Source: Candidatus Woesearchaeota archaeon (lineage in GTDB: Archaea; Nanobdellota; Nanobdellia; Pacearchaeales; GW2011-AR1). From it: a stretch of 64,000 nt of DNA. The stretch spans positions 1-64,000 of the forward strand of contig CAZHCL010000002.1 in NCBI GenBank assembly GCA_964530955.1. The letters are read 5' to 3'. Each line of letters begins with the position of its first letter. Positions within the stretch are counted from its first letter, which is position 1. The notes below the pieces were generated by a model. That model saw nothing but the letters and a program-made list of their open reading frames with translations. It was not told where the DNA came from and did not search any database. Both the position numbers and the translations under genes were made by a program. Below are positions 26,824-36,435 of this stretch, in pieces.

Positions 26824-28143
26824 TTAGTCCTGAGGAACTTTTATAAATTCTTTTGGATGAAACCCTGATTTTCTAAGATCTACCGAATCAACAAAAGATT
26901 TGTAAGAGTCTACAATGCCATTCAAAGAAAAATATTTTCTGATTTCCCTAACTCTTGCTTGACTTCCAAAGATAGCTCTGCTTACTTCATAGTTAGTTCT
27001 CCCTTCAACCTGAAAATCAGAGTCTATCTGTTTGCCAACGAAATAAAGCAAGGGCGTGCCTCCAAGCTTGAAACCTTGAAATATAGGATCCATCCTCATT
27101 TTATGAAGTATTGTTCCTAAAGGTTCTCTGCCAACATTGCCGTAAGAGCTCTCCCTCCCAAATATTCCCTTGCAATCACTAAAGTGGACTTCCCCATTAT
27201 GAAAGACATAGAAATCAGAGACTGGTTCATGTTCGATAAGAATATCTCCCAGGTCTAATTTTTTCCTAGGCATTATTCTTTCAAACAAAGGCAGATTTGC
27301 TGCTCGTCCGTAGGGTTCAACTTGTCCTATTGAAATTCTCATAGGACTTGGATTATATTCCACAATTTCTCCGTTTGCCAACTTAAACCCTCTTGATGGA
27401 TAAACATATACTGCATCTTCTATTCCCAATTTTCCCATTCTTTCACTTCTTCTTTTTCCAAATGATTCATTTATGGTAAGAATTAGCTCATTAACTCTCC
27501 TCACTGTGTCCTTTATCTCTCCTAACCCTATAAAATTATAATAAACATTCAAACCTAAATCCTCAAATGGGTAAACTACCTTCAGAGCATCATTAATAAA
27601 CCTGAAATTATCTTGTGTTGTAGGATACATTCTTCCGAAACTTATGCAAAGATTGTTTGACTTTCTAGATAAATCAAAACCTTTTTCTTTTAAAAAGTTC
27701 ACCCAAGCAAGAGCATCACTATAATTAGAAGCAAAAGTTCCATTTGTAACAACATTAATTTTAATGAATTCTGAATAATTCACCGCGGAAGCCACCGCGT
27801 CCCTATTCTCTTCTCTTAATGGTTCTCCACTGGTTAGACATGCTTTCAATACTCCTGCGTGTATAGCTCCACCCATAGCCCTCTGAATAATATCTGGACT
27901 TGGCAATCCTTTTCTGTCTGGTCCGCATTCATCTAGACAATGAAAACATTTCAAGTTGCAATTTGGTCCCATTTCTAGAAGCATAGTGTATAAATCGTAG
28001 TCAAATAACCTTTTATGAATAAAATCATTCGTTCTTAAATAAGAAGGAGTCTTTCTAGCTTTTTCAACTGCTTTGCAAGTTTCGGTCTCAATCATTTTAG
28101 TCTCAGAAGTCGCTGAGGTCGAATCACCCTCAAAAATAAGCAT
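26824..28143 (-). CDS. Radical SAM protein of unknown function
   Basis: CNLKCFHC (CxxxCxxC), LTSGEPL, VVTNG, GRAANL. Start may be further downstream. Confidence 0.85.
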   Translation of the reverse strand: MLIFEGDSTSATSETKMIETETCKAVEKARKTPSYLRTNDFIHKRLFDYDLYTMLLEMGPNCNLKCFHCLDECGPDRKGLPSPDIIQRAMGGAIHAGVLKACLTSGEPLREENRDAVASAVNYSEFIKINVVTNGTFASNYSDALAWVNFLKEKGFDLSRKSNNLCISFGRMYPTTQDNFRFINDALKVVYPFEDLGLNVYYNFIGLGEIKDTVRRVNELILTINESFGKRRSERMGKLGIEDAVYVYPSRGFKLANGEIVEYNPSPMRISIGQVEPYGRAANLPLFERIMPRKKLDLGDILIEHEPVSDFYVFHNGEVHFSDCKGIFGRESSYGNVGREPLGTILHKMRMDPIFQGFKLGGTPLLYFVGKQIDSDFQVEGRTNYEVSRAIFGSQARVREIRKYFSLNGIVDSYKSFVDSVDLRKSGFHPKEFIKVPQD

Positions 28144-28188
28144 AAATTATACTATAAAAACATTTGTTTAACGTTAAAAAGATAAAAA

Positions 28189-28270
28189 CGCTAGCGGCAG
28201 GAATTGAACCTGCATATCCTTGCGGAAACTTGCTCTCCAAGCAAGCGAGCTACCACTGCTCAACGCCAGC
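28189..28270 (-). tRNA. tRNA-Ser(GGA)
   Basis: Acceptor stem GCTGGCG/CGCTAGC; anticodon stem CTTGC/GCAAG with loop TT-GGA-GA; long variable arm; TTCAATT T-loop. Confidence 0.95.
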
Positions 28271-28314
28271 ATATTAAATTAGTCATAAAAAATGATTATA
28301 AACCTAACGATTAT

Positions 28315-28998
28315 TCAAAAAAGGCTATTAATTACATGCTCATAAATTTCTTCAGAAATATCTTCTCTTTTTCTTAATGAGCTTAATGTTTTATCAGGTG
28401 CACAATCCACTCTAGTCCAATTAAATCTCTCTGAAAGTTCTAAATAAGATTGTTCTGCATTTCTCAAATGAGAGGGATTAGATTCATGCCCATCCGCTTC
28501 TCCTACCCTACCTTTTCTCAACTCAATAGCAACTTCAAGAGGCATATAAAGAAAGAATACCTTATCTGGTCTGGGAAGTCCAAAATTGCCATATTCTAAT
28601 TCTTCCAACCAAGAAACAAAGTTTGACCTTTCATCCTTATCGGCAATTTTTCCTCCCTGATGCCCCATATTAGATTCAACGTATCTATTCAAAAATAAAT
28701 TATTTCCTTTAGAGACTATTGCTTCCATATCCTTAATAGAAGCATATCTGTCAACAGCATATAAGCAAGATGCAATTTTCGGATTTACATTATTAGAAGG
28801 TCCAAACTCTTGAGTGTAAGGCTGCTTTCCCAAATATCTCCTAAGAAGATTACCAGTAGGAGTATCATATCTAGGGAAACTCATTACTTCAGAAGAGATA
28901 CCTTCAGAATTCAGTCTCGCAACAATAAGATTAGCCTGAGTTTCTTTGCCAGAAGCATCAGTTCCCTCAATAACAAATATTTTTCCCTTTTTTATCAT
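28315..28998 (-). CDS. tmk: Thymidylate (dTMP) kinase
   Basis: FVIEGTDASGKETQ P-loop, FPRYDT, NRYVESNMGHQG, LPRPDKVFFL. Confidence 0.9.
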   Translation of the reverse strand: MIKKGKIFVIEGTDASGKETQANLIVARLNSEGISSEVMSFPRYDTPTGNLLRRYLGKQPYTQEFGPSNNVNPKIASCLYAVDRYASIKDMEAIVSKGNNLFLNRYVESNMGHQGGKIADKDERSNFVSWLEELEYGNFGLPRPDKVFFLYMPLEVAIELRKGRVGEADGHESNPSHLRNAEQSYLELSERFNWTRVDCAPDKTLSSLRKREDISEEIYEHVINSLF

Positions 28999-29507
28999 GG
29001 CCTATTTTTATGTACATAAGTGACGAAATCAAAATACTCTTTTCTTTCCCTTGATAATTGAGTCCATTCAGCTCTATCCCAATCTGGGAATAAAGCATCT
29101 CCCTCATACTCTCTATGAACTTCCGTTAATTCCATCAATCCGGCATACTTCAAGCCATCCGCATAAACTTGCTGACCGCCAATTAAGTAAATATCCCTTT
29201 CTCCCTCTTGTCTATAAGCAAGTTCTAATGCATCAATAAGAGAAGGAGCCTTAAGAACACCTTCTGGAACATTATAACTTGCTCTGTTAGTTAAAACAAT
29301 GTTCAATCTATTTTTAAGAGGACCATTTGGAAAAGACTCATAAGTGTTTCTTCCCATTACAACTATATTTCCAGTTGTTAATTCTTTAAAACGCAACATA
29401 TCAGGTCTAAAAAGTTCCCTTTCTTGAGGAGAACTCCAAGGCAATTTACCATTTATTCCTATGACTCCATTTTTTGCAACTGCCGCAATTATACTTATTT
29501 CTCCCAT
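28995..29507 (-). CDS. folA: Dihydrofolate reductase
   Basis: IIAAVAKNGVIG..GKLPW, DM..FKELT, VVMGRNTYES, RLNIVLT, IGGQQVY, GDALFP. Confidence 0.93.
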   Translation of the reverse strand: MGEISIIAAVAKNGVIGINGKLPWSSPQERELFRPDMLRFKELTTGNIVVMGRNTYESFPNGPLKNRLNIVLTNRASYNVPEGVLKAPSLIDALELAYRQEGERDIYLIGGQQVYADGLKYAGLMELTEVHREYEGDALFPDWDRAEWTQLSRERKEYFDFVTYVHKNRP

Positions 29508-29508
29508 T

Positions 29509-30648
29509 TTATGCAGCCATTACTGCTCGGCAATCCCATTTAATTGGTTCATATCCTGAAATACTTATTACTTCCTTAGCAGGCATTTCAATCATTTGAA
29601 ATAAATGCAAATCTTTCATTTGAAGATGAGGCAAGCTTCTGGGTTCTTTTGACAACTGCTCCAACACAAAAGGAACATGATCTTTCCTTTCATTACCCTC
29701 ACTTTCAGCAGGAGCATGTTTTAGATACCATTCTCTAATATCAAGATAATCCTCAGGTTTTCCAGCCATCTTGACTTTTCTCTGCAGTTTAGATAAATTA
29801 TCCTCTACTCTTAAGAAATCTGTTCTTGGAGCAACCCCATTATAAATATGTAAATTGCTATAGGTATGATAAAAACCTAATGGATTTAAACCAGTCTCTC
29901 TTGCAATCATATTAGTAAATAAAGCATACTGAGCAATATTGAAAGGAACACCCAAAAATAAATCACAAGACCTCTGAAACATATGTGCTTCTAAATCCTT
30001 ATCCCTAGTAACAGTAAAATGTACCATTGGATGGCAGGGTTTTATCGCCATTTCATCAATTTCCGCCACATTCCATGCATTAATAACATGATATCTTGAA
30101 CCGGGATCTTTCTTTATTCCAGCTATCACTTTTTTAATCTGATCAACTGTTTCTCCATTATACTTTTTCCAACGTCTCCACTGTTGCCCATAAATAGGAC
30201 CTAAAGTAGAATCGTTCTTGTCAAATCTTTCTTCATGAAATAATTTTTGCTGCGAACCTTTAACTTCTAGCCCAGAATTAAATCTCCTATCATCTTTCAT
30301 TGCCGATTCATAAGTTTCAAAAAGCTGATTCCATAAATGAGTATTCTTTTTTACCTGTTTATTCAGACCCATTCTGTCTAAATAATGCTGAAAAGCATTT
30401 CTATTCCAGATATTAACCCCTCTTAAATTCAAGCTATAATCATCCGTTTCTCCCCTAAACATCCAAAATAGTTCTTCTCCTACCCATCTCATCTGAACCG
30501 GCTTTGTAGTAAGTAATGGGAACCCTTGGGAAAAATCAAAATAAGATTGATCACCGCTCTTAACAATCATGAACTGCTCTGTTCTCTCATTATACTGTGG
30601 CTTGCCCTCTGATAAAACCCTTTTTAATAATCCTAGATATTGTTCCAT
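29509..30648 (-). CDS. thyA: Thymidylate synthase ThyA with two insertions
   Basis: FPLLTTK, EELFW, LGPIYGQQWR, PCH, QRSCDLFLGVPFN, HIY. ATG 30648 is preferred over TTG 30660. Confidence 0.95.
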   Translation of the reverse strand: MEQYLGLLKRVLSEGKPQYNERTEQFMIVKSGDQSYFDFSQGFPLLTTKPVQMRWVGEELFWMFRGETDDYSLNLRGVNIWNRNAFQHYLDRMGLNKQVKKNTHLWNQLFETYESAMKDDRRFNSGLEVKGSQQKLFHEERFDKNDSTLGPIYGQQWRRWKKYNGETVDQIKKVIAGIKKDPGSRYHVINAWNVAEIDEMAIKPCHPMVHFTVTRDKDLEAHMFQRSCDLFLGVPFNIAQYALFTNMIARETGLNPLGFYHTYSNLHIYNGVAPRTDFLRVEDNLSKLQRKVKMAGKPEDYLDIREWYLKHAPAESEGNERKDHVPFVLEQLSKEPRSLPHLQMKDLHLFQMIEMPAKEVISISGYEPIKWDCRAVMAA

Positions 30649-30696
30649 ATTTAATTCCAAACAAAATGCTATATAAACAAATATATTCTGGAAAAT

Positions 30697-31311
30697 CTAT
30701 TTCGAAAGTAAAATCTGCTTGACAACCGGCCAGGCAATTTTGGACCACTCCTCAAGATTATTTTTTGGATCTGCAACTAATTGTTCAAACTCAGGTACAG
30801 TATAAAACTTGCATCCCACCATTTCATCATCGCCCTTTTCTACTTTGCCTGTCGTCTCTACCAAAGCAGCAATACCGAAATGAACCTTTTCAACTTCACC
30901 TTTAGTATCATCGTTGATATACCCTATTATTCTTGGTTTTTGGGGTCTTTCCATTCTAACTTCCTCCGCCAATTCTCTATCCATTCCAGATTCAATAGGA
31001 TTGCTTCCATCCTGTCTTTCAACATGCCCTCCGACCCCTATGCTGATTTTGCTTCTAAGTCTTTCCTCAGAATAACTCTTATCTGCTCTTTTATATGCTA
31101 AAATAGTATGGTCGACAGGATTAATAATCATAACATAAGGGATAATTTGTTTCAAAGATATATCTCTTTCAAGAGCATCTCCTCTCTCGTGATAAGAATA
31201 ATTTTGTAATATCAAAGGAAGATAGTCATATTCTCCAGCACTAAGAAAACCATTAAAACTCCTTTCTCTGAACAAGTCTTCTCTCTTAACAACAAGTGCT
31301 TCCTTCGGCAT
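30697..31311 (-). CDS. NUDIX hydrolase
   Basis: SIGVGGHVE...DRELAEEV Nudix box; KQIIPY; VHFG. Confidence 0.82.
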   Translation of the reverse strand: MPKEALVVKREDLFRERSFNGFLSAGEYDYLPLILQNYSYHERGDALERDISLKQIIPYVMIINPVDHTILAYKRADKSYSEERLRSKISIGVGGHVERQDGSNPIESGMDRELAEEVRMERPQKPRIIGYINDDTKGEVEKVHFGIAALVETTGKVEKGDDEMVGCKFYTVPEFEQLVADPKNNLEEWSKIAWPVVKQILLSK

Positions 31312-31361
31312 CCATAATTCTGTTCGGCAGGTTATTTAAAGATTTATATTCTAATTAAGAT

Positions 31362-32282
31362 ATGAGTCAAATGTATCAGCAAAAAATGGAAGAAGAGTTC
31401 TTTAAATTTATTTACAAAAGACAATTAATCTGGTACAAGAGGTTTGTCTTACATGAAAAGCAGCCCTGGACAGAAGATGATGTTCTAGGAAAGTACAAAA
31501 TAATAAATGTCTATAGAGAACTAGATAAATGCACGATTTATGCAATTGAAAAGTTTAAAGATATTAAAAACAGAGAAAAACTCTTTCTGAATATTGTTTT
31601 TTATAGATTCTTTAATCAAACAAATTTATATGAAAAGATTGGAATTGAACCTTTTTCAGAAATAGATGATAAATTAAAGGATAAAATAATAGACTCATTT
31701 GAAAATCTTAAAAGAAAAGGATATCCTATTTTCAACAATGCTTATCTAATCTCTTCTGGAACTGCTGGACAAAAGAAGCATGTCAGCATAATTAGTAATC
31801 TGCAGAGATTAAAGTTAAAAGAGCTAGTGGATGAAATAGACAAATGCAAATCTCCAGAAGAATCTCTTGCAATTATCCAAAAAATACCTATGGTTGGACC
31901 TTTTCTAGCCTGCGAAATATGGACTGACCTAACCTATTTCAATTTTTTCAAGCAAGAATGGAATGATAATGATTTTGTAAATGTTGGACCAGGAGCCAAA
32001 TGGGGATTGGAAATAATTTTTAACAGTCCTCTTAGCAAAAAAGAGCAAAAAGAGCATCTTTCTAAGTTGTATGAGCTTCAGAAAGATTATCTGAAAAATA
32101 TAAATGAAAAAATTAAGGAACCTTTAAAATGGAAAGATATTGCTTTCAAAAAAGCATATTCAAATTATCCATTTCTTTCTATAACTAACATTGAAGGAGC
32201 ATTATGTGAATTCAGAAAGTATTGGAATATAAGTCACGGAAAAGGAAGAAGAAAGTATTTTCACCCTATAGATTATAAGTAA
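31362..32282 (+). CDS. aGPT-Pplase1 / 5-hmdU DNA kinase helical-domain family protein
   Basis: FIYKRQ..W, PWTEDDVL.KY..INVYRELD, RFFN, NAYLI, GPFLA.EI.TDL, FVNVGPGA..GL, IEGALCEFRKY follow the family pattern as recalled (PF18723). Confidence 0.8.
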   Translation: MSQMYQQKMEEEFFKFIYKRQLIWYKRFVLHEKQPWTEDDVLGKYKIINVYRELDKCTIYAIEKFKDIKNREKLFLNIVFYRFFNQTNLYEKIGIEPFSEIDDKLKDKIIDSFENLKRKGYPIFNNAYLISSGTAGQKKHVSIISNLQRLKLKELVDEIDKCKSPEESLAIIQKIPMVGPFLACEIWTDLTYFNFFKQEWNDNDFVNVGPGAKWGLEIIFNSPLSKKEQKEHLSKLYELQKDYLKNINEKIKEPLKWKDIAFKKAYSNYPFLSITNIEGALCEFRKYWNISHGKGRRKYFHPIDYK

Positions 32283-32592
32283 TAGAAGAACTTCTTAGCA
32301 TCAAATTTTCTGTAGAAACAGATAATTTAGTTTGTCTCAAATATGCTTCAAATTCTGTAATCGCCTTTGTCTCTACACTTCTTCGAGCCAATTGATCTTG
32401 AATAGTCTTGACCTTAACCACAAAAGTCAAACCAGAATGATATTTAGTAATCTGAGGAAGAAATGCATTCAAAGCCAAATCAAGATTCAGCATATCTTCC
32501 TGAGCGAGAGAATAACTTCCTCTTTCAATTGCAGGTTTTACCGTTTCTCTCCAGCCAATTTCTATCTCGGTCAAAACAGCAGATAAATCCAT
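32266..32592 (-). CDS. Hypothetical protein
   Basis: 108-aa helical ORF with TATA box upstream. Confidence 0.55.
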   Translation of the reverse strand: MDLSAVLTEIEIGWRETVKPAIERGSYSLAQEDMLNLDLALNAFLPQITKYHSGLTFVVKVKTIQDQLARRSVETKAITEFEAYLRQTKLSVSTENLMLRSSSITYNL

Positions 32593-32631
32593 AAAAAACC
32601 TATAAGAAAAGCATATTTAACTCTTTCCAAC

Positions 32632-32940
32632 TTAATCTTTCATTTCAATCTTAATCTGAACAGATCTTGGAATCTGAAGCTTCATGATAGGATGCAAAAC
32701 TCTGTCTTCAGCAGGTATGTCAATTATCCTTCTATGAACTCTCATCTCAAACCTGTCAAAAGTAGCAGTTCCATTTCCACATGGAGATTTTCTTGTGGTA
32801 ACTTTAAGATGCCTTGTTGGAAGTGGAATAGGACCCCTCATTAAAACACCTGCTCTTTCAGTAATTTCTTTTATTGAAGCTATAACTGGATTCAATGCAT
32901 TTATGTCAATGCTCCCCAACTTTATTCTTACTTTAGCCAT
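32632..32940 (-). CDS. rps10: 30S ribosomal protein S10
   Basis: GPIPLPT, TTRKSPCGNGTATFDRFEMRVHRRIID. Confidence 0.97.
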   Translation of the reverse strand: MAKVRIKLGSIDINALNPVIASIKEITERAGVLMRGPIPLPTRHLKVTTRKSPCGNGTATFDRFEMRVHRRIIDIPAEDRVLHPIMKLQIPRSVQIKIEMKD

Positions 32941-33186
32941 TCTGAATGGAAAGAAAAATGCTTTTTAAACCTTATGTTAAAAATGATTTTCGAGTAATCT
33001 TAGATTATTCAATTTAAAAACAAAAGATAGTACATAAGATTTAAATAGGCTGTTTGACAATTTTATCCATAGAAAGAAAAGTTAAGAGATTAACTAAATT
33101 TCATATTCACGCCCGTGTGGGGCATAGTTTGTTTGATGACTTTCTTTCTAAAAGAATAAGGAAATAGATTTCCTTTAATACATAAA

Positions 33187-34368
33187 ATGGCAAAAGTAAG
33201 TCCAGTATCAATAAAATATATGATACATGCGTCGTTCAAGGCCGAAGGTCCTTTAGAAAAACCCGATGTAATCGGAGCTATATTCGGGCAGACAGAGGGA
33301 TTGTTAGGTTCTGAACTTGAAATGCGCGAATTACAAAAAGAAGGCAAGATAGGCAGAATAGAAGTCAATCTTGAGACAGTTGATGGCAAGAGCGTAGGAG
33401 ATATTTTAGTCCCAACAGCCCTTGATAAGAGTGAAACAACCATAATCGCAGCAGCTCTTGAAACAATTGATAGAATAGGTCCTACTGAAGCTTCAATCCA
33501 GGTATCAAAGATAGAAGACGTAAGAGGAAGCAAAAGAGATTTCATAATAGAAAGAGCAAAGAAACTTCTTGAAGGGCTTGACGGAAACAGCGATTTCGAG
33601 GATATGTCAAAAACACTTAAAGAAGAATCAAGAGCAGCCAAAATAATGGAGTACGGAGATGAGAAACTCCCAGCAGGAGATTTATCAGGAAATGAAATAA
33701 TAGTAGTTGAGGGTAGAGCAGATGTAGTTAATCTTCTTAAAAACAGAGTAAACAATGTCATAGGCATGAACGGGACTAAGTTGCCTGCAGAAATAGCAAA
33801 ACTAGGAAGTACAAAGGAAATTACCTTATTTGTTGATGGAGACAGAGGCGGAAAACTTATAGCAAAGAACGTCATAAGTAATGCTAACATAAAATATGTG
33901 GCCGTAGCTCCAGATGGAAAAGAAGTTGAAGAATTAGCAGGTAAGGAAATATTGATTTCATTAAGAAAAAGAATTAGCGTATCTGAATTTATCAGAAAGG
34001 CAGACAGCAATGGATACAGCAATGGAAATGGATATTCCCCTGCCCCAAAAGAAACTCCTCAGGAACCAGTTAAAGAAGAGTATAAGGGAGATGTAAAAGA
34101 AGCTCTAAGAAAATCCTACGAAGAAAAGATCAAGGGAAGTAAGAATGCTCTACTTTTAGATGGAAGCCTTGATGTCATAAGAAAAGTAAGTTCGAGAGAA
34201 GTTGGAAAAAGCTTGGATATGTCAAGACAGAAAGTCTTTGCAGTGATAGTCGATGGAGCTGCAACATCAGGAATAGTCAGAGCATGCGATGATTACAATG
34301 TTAGATATCTTGCTGCTACAACTTTCTCAGCAACCGAAGGCGCGAAAGTCAATTTAATTAGTCTTTAA
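33187..34368 (+). CDS. dnaG: Archaeal DnaG (TOPRIM) primase/exosome-associated protein
   Basis: [58 protein letters not shown]. Confidence 0.94.
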   Translation: MAKVSPVSIKYMIHASFKAEGPLEKPDVIGAIFGQTEGLLGSELEMRELQKEGKIGRIEVNLETVDGKSVGDILVPTALDKSETTIIAAALETIDRIGPTEASIQVSKIEDVRGSKRDFIIERAKKLLEGLDGNSDFEDMSKTLKEESRAAKIMEYGDEKLPAGDLSGNEIIVVEGRADVVNLLKNRVNNVIGMNGTKLPAEIAKLGSTKEITLFVDGDRGGKLIAKNVISNANIKYVAVAPDGKEVEELAGKEILISLRKRISVSEFIRKADSNGYSNGNGYSPAPKETPQEPVKEEYKGDVKEALRKSYEEKIKGSKNALLLDGSLDVIRKVSSREVGKSLDMSRQKVFAVIVDGAATSGIVRACDDYNVRYLAATTFSATEGAKVNLISL

Positions 34369-34450
34369 TTCCAGATTTCTTGTAGCTGGGAATAAAAATA
34401 AAAGAGTTATCTTACATCATGTTATTAAGCAACCTTCACCTACCATAATA

Positions 34451-34864
34451 ATGAAATCTATACCGAAAACAGAAGCTGAATGGAAGAAAAAGCTAACTCC
34501 TGAACAGTATGAAATATTAAGGAAGAAAGGAACTGAAAGAGCATTTACTGGAAAATACTGGAACAGCAAAGAAGAAGGATATTACCTATGCGCAGCATGT
34601 GGTGCAAAACTCTTTTCTTCAGATACAAAGTTTTATTCTGGAACAGGCTGGCCTAGTTTTTCAAATCCCATGGTAAAAAAGAACATAGAAACAAAAGATG
34701 ATTTCACCCATGGAGTAGGAAGAATAGAAGTTATATGCAGGAACTGTGGCTCTCATCTAGGTCATGTGTTTAATGACGGACCTAAAGCAAATGGTAAGAG
34801 ATATTGCATTAATTCCTGTTCACTTGATTTCAAAAAGAGCGATTCGAACAAGAGCGAGAACTAA
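34451..34864 (+). CDS. msrB: Peptide-methionine (R)-S-oxide reductase
   Basis: [40 protein letters not shown]. Confidence 0.97.
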   Translation: MKSIPKTEAEWKKKLTPEQYEILRKKGTERAFTGKYWNSKEEGYYLCAACGAKLFSSDTKFYSGTGWPSFSNPMVKKNIETKDDFTHGVGRIEVICRNCGSHLGHVFNDGPKANGKRYCINSCSLDFKKSDSNKSEN

Positions 34865-35710
34865 TTATCTTAATTCTTTTAGTTTATTCATTTGCACCAA
34901 TCTTACTTTAGCATCTATAGAGGAGGAAAACATCTTCCAAAATATTTTAGAAAGCCATTCAGACCACTCCTTATTTTTAATATTGTAAATAACATAAACT
35001 TCCTCTTTCAATTCACCTTTCTTTAAGGTAGGAATATTAACTTCCTTTAATCTTATCCGTTTATTATCTATTATCGCTCCTCTTATTGGCTGATCGTGAT
35101 GTCTTATCTCAATCATCTCTTTTCCGTGCTTAAAGTTTAAAGAAAGTAGTTTTTCCACATTGCTTTTGCCAGCCAAGTCAACCCTGCAAAGTACCTTTAT
35201 AGGTATCTTCTTCTTTATCAAAGATTCAAAAGTTTCCATCATATCAAAATTCTTACCCTTTAAATTTATAAAAGATAAATTACCAGAAAAGATTAAAACC
35301 TGCTTTTCGGCCTTTTCAAGTAAACGTGCATAATCTCTAAGATTATCATCTGTCTGTTTGCTATTTGACTCTCTATATGCCTCCTTGTCTTTATCCCCTA
35401 CATACTGAAATATATCAAAAGGTGAAAATTCTTCTTTTCTCCTAGCCTTTAATATCTGCTCCTCAAGATTCTGCTGGAAAACAGAAGAACTGACCTTTTC
35501 AACAGAAGACCAGAAAACGATTTTTAAGGCTCCCCTTGTACCTTCTCTAAACACTTTCGTAGAGAGAGTTCCAAAATCAGTTTCTATTTCCTGTATATAT
35601 CTATCGGCAGTCCTCCAATTTTTGCCTATATGCAATGCGACTTCCTGTATACTTCTAGGTTTTGAATAAACAAAATCCTCTATTTTCTTTATAATTTCAT
35701 TGCTCAGCAT
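34865..35710 (-). CDS. Transcriptional regulator: N-terminal wHTH plus TrmB-like C-terminal domain
   Basis: PRSIQEVALHIGKNWRTADRYI HTH; C-terminal IRGAIIDNK segment. Confidence 0.6.
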   Translation of the reverse strand: MLSNEIIKKIEDFVYSKPRSIQEVALHIGKNWRTADRYIQEIETDFGTLSTKVFREGTRGALKIVFWSSVEKVSSSVFQQNLEEQILKARRKEEFSPFDIFQYVGDKDKEAYRESNSKQTDDNLRDYARLLEKAEKQVLIFSGNLSFINLKGKNFDMMETFESLIKKKIPIKVLCRVDLAGKSNVEKLLSLNFKHGKEMIEIRHHDQPIRGAIIDNKRIRLKEVNIPTLKKGELKEEVYVIYNIKNKEWSEWLSKIFWKMFSSSIDAKVRLVQMNKLKELR

Positions 35711-35815
35711 AAAAATAAAGAGATAAAGTCATATTTATTCTTTTCTATAATATACAACTATAAGCCTATTTTTATGTAAGTAAAATACAACTATTTTACA
35801 ACTCTATGTATTATT

Positions 35816-36016
35816 ATGAAAAGCAGAAAAACTGAGATAAAAGAAATACTATTCGATGAAGGATTCATAGGTAACCCATTTGTTATGAAAGAACTAATTC
35901 TGAGGGGATATCGAATAAACTCGGTATCTCCCTCATCCTATAACTCTTCTCAACAATCCTCACACCAGCAAGAATATTCCATAATATCAAGAGAACAAAT
36001 ATCTCCAAATAATTAA
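35816..36016 (+). CDS. Small hypothetical protein
   Basis: 66-aa ORF, divergent from the regulator. Confidence 0.4.
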   Translation: MKSRKTEIKEILFDEGFIGNPFVMKELILRGYRINSVSPSSYNSSQQSSHQQEYSIISREQISPNN

Positions 36017-36017
36017 A

Positions 36018-36395
36018 ATGACAAAGAAAAATATAACTCCTATAGATGTACTTATCGGTATTGCCTATCATTTGCCAAAAGGACAAAGAAGTTATCTTCA
36101 TAATTCGGAGAGATTCTTTAGATTCTTTTATGAACAAAGAGATAAGTACCCCAAACTGCTTGGAGAATTAAGATTTGACTGCGATGGCCTCTGGCCCGTC
36201 AGTCCTGACCTGGAAGGAGCATTGGATACCTTATTTACTGCAAGAATGCTTTCATACAACACTGCCCAACCAACAAGAAATCTATTCGATGAAGGAGCAT
36301 GCGAATGCTATTTTGAAAGGATATTAAGTACATTGCCAAGACAAACAAGAAATGAAATGTCAGTTCTTTCTGACGAATTTCGAAGGTATATGTGA
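36018..36395 (+). CDS. Hypothetical protein
   Basis: 125 aa, starts 1 nt after the preceding stop. Confidence 0.6.
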   Translation: MTKKNITPIDVLIGIAYHLPKGQRSYLHNSERFFRFFYEQRDKYPKLLGELRFDCDGLWPVSPDLEGALDTLFTARMLSYNTAQPTRNLFDEGACECYFERILSTLPRQTRNEMSVLSDEFRRYM

Positions 36396-36435
36396 TAATC
36401 ACAATCTTTAAATAAAGCTAATTTTCTAAAATAAC

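Noticed and set aside
29509-30648. ThyA as a dUMP hydroxymethylase supplying hmU
   Set aside because: It has canonical PCH and QRSCD...PFN motifs and is coupled to DHFR, which a hydroxymethylase would not need.
33090-34022. 310-aa minus-strand ORF, plus the many shorter nested ORFs in the track (e.g. 47240-47743, 57336-57686, 21411-21719)
   Set aside because: They are antisense or off-frame shadows of well-supported genes (dnaG, lig, alaS, cysS), with low-complexity Ser/Leu/Phe-rich translations and no motifs.
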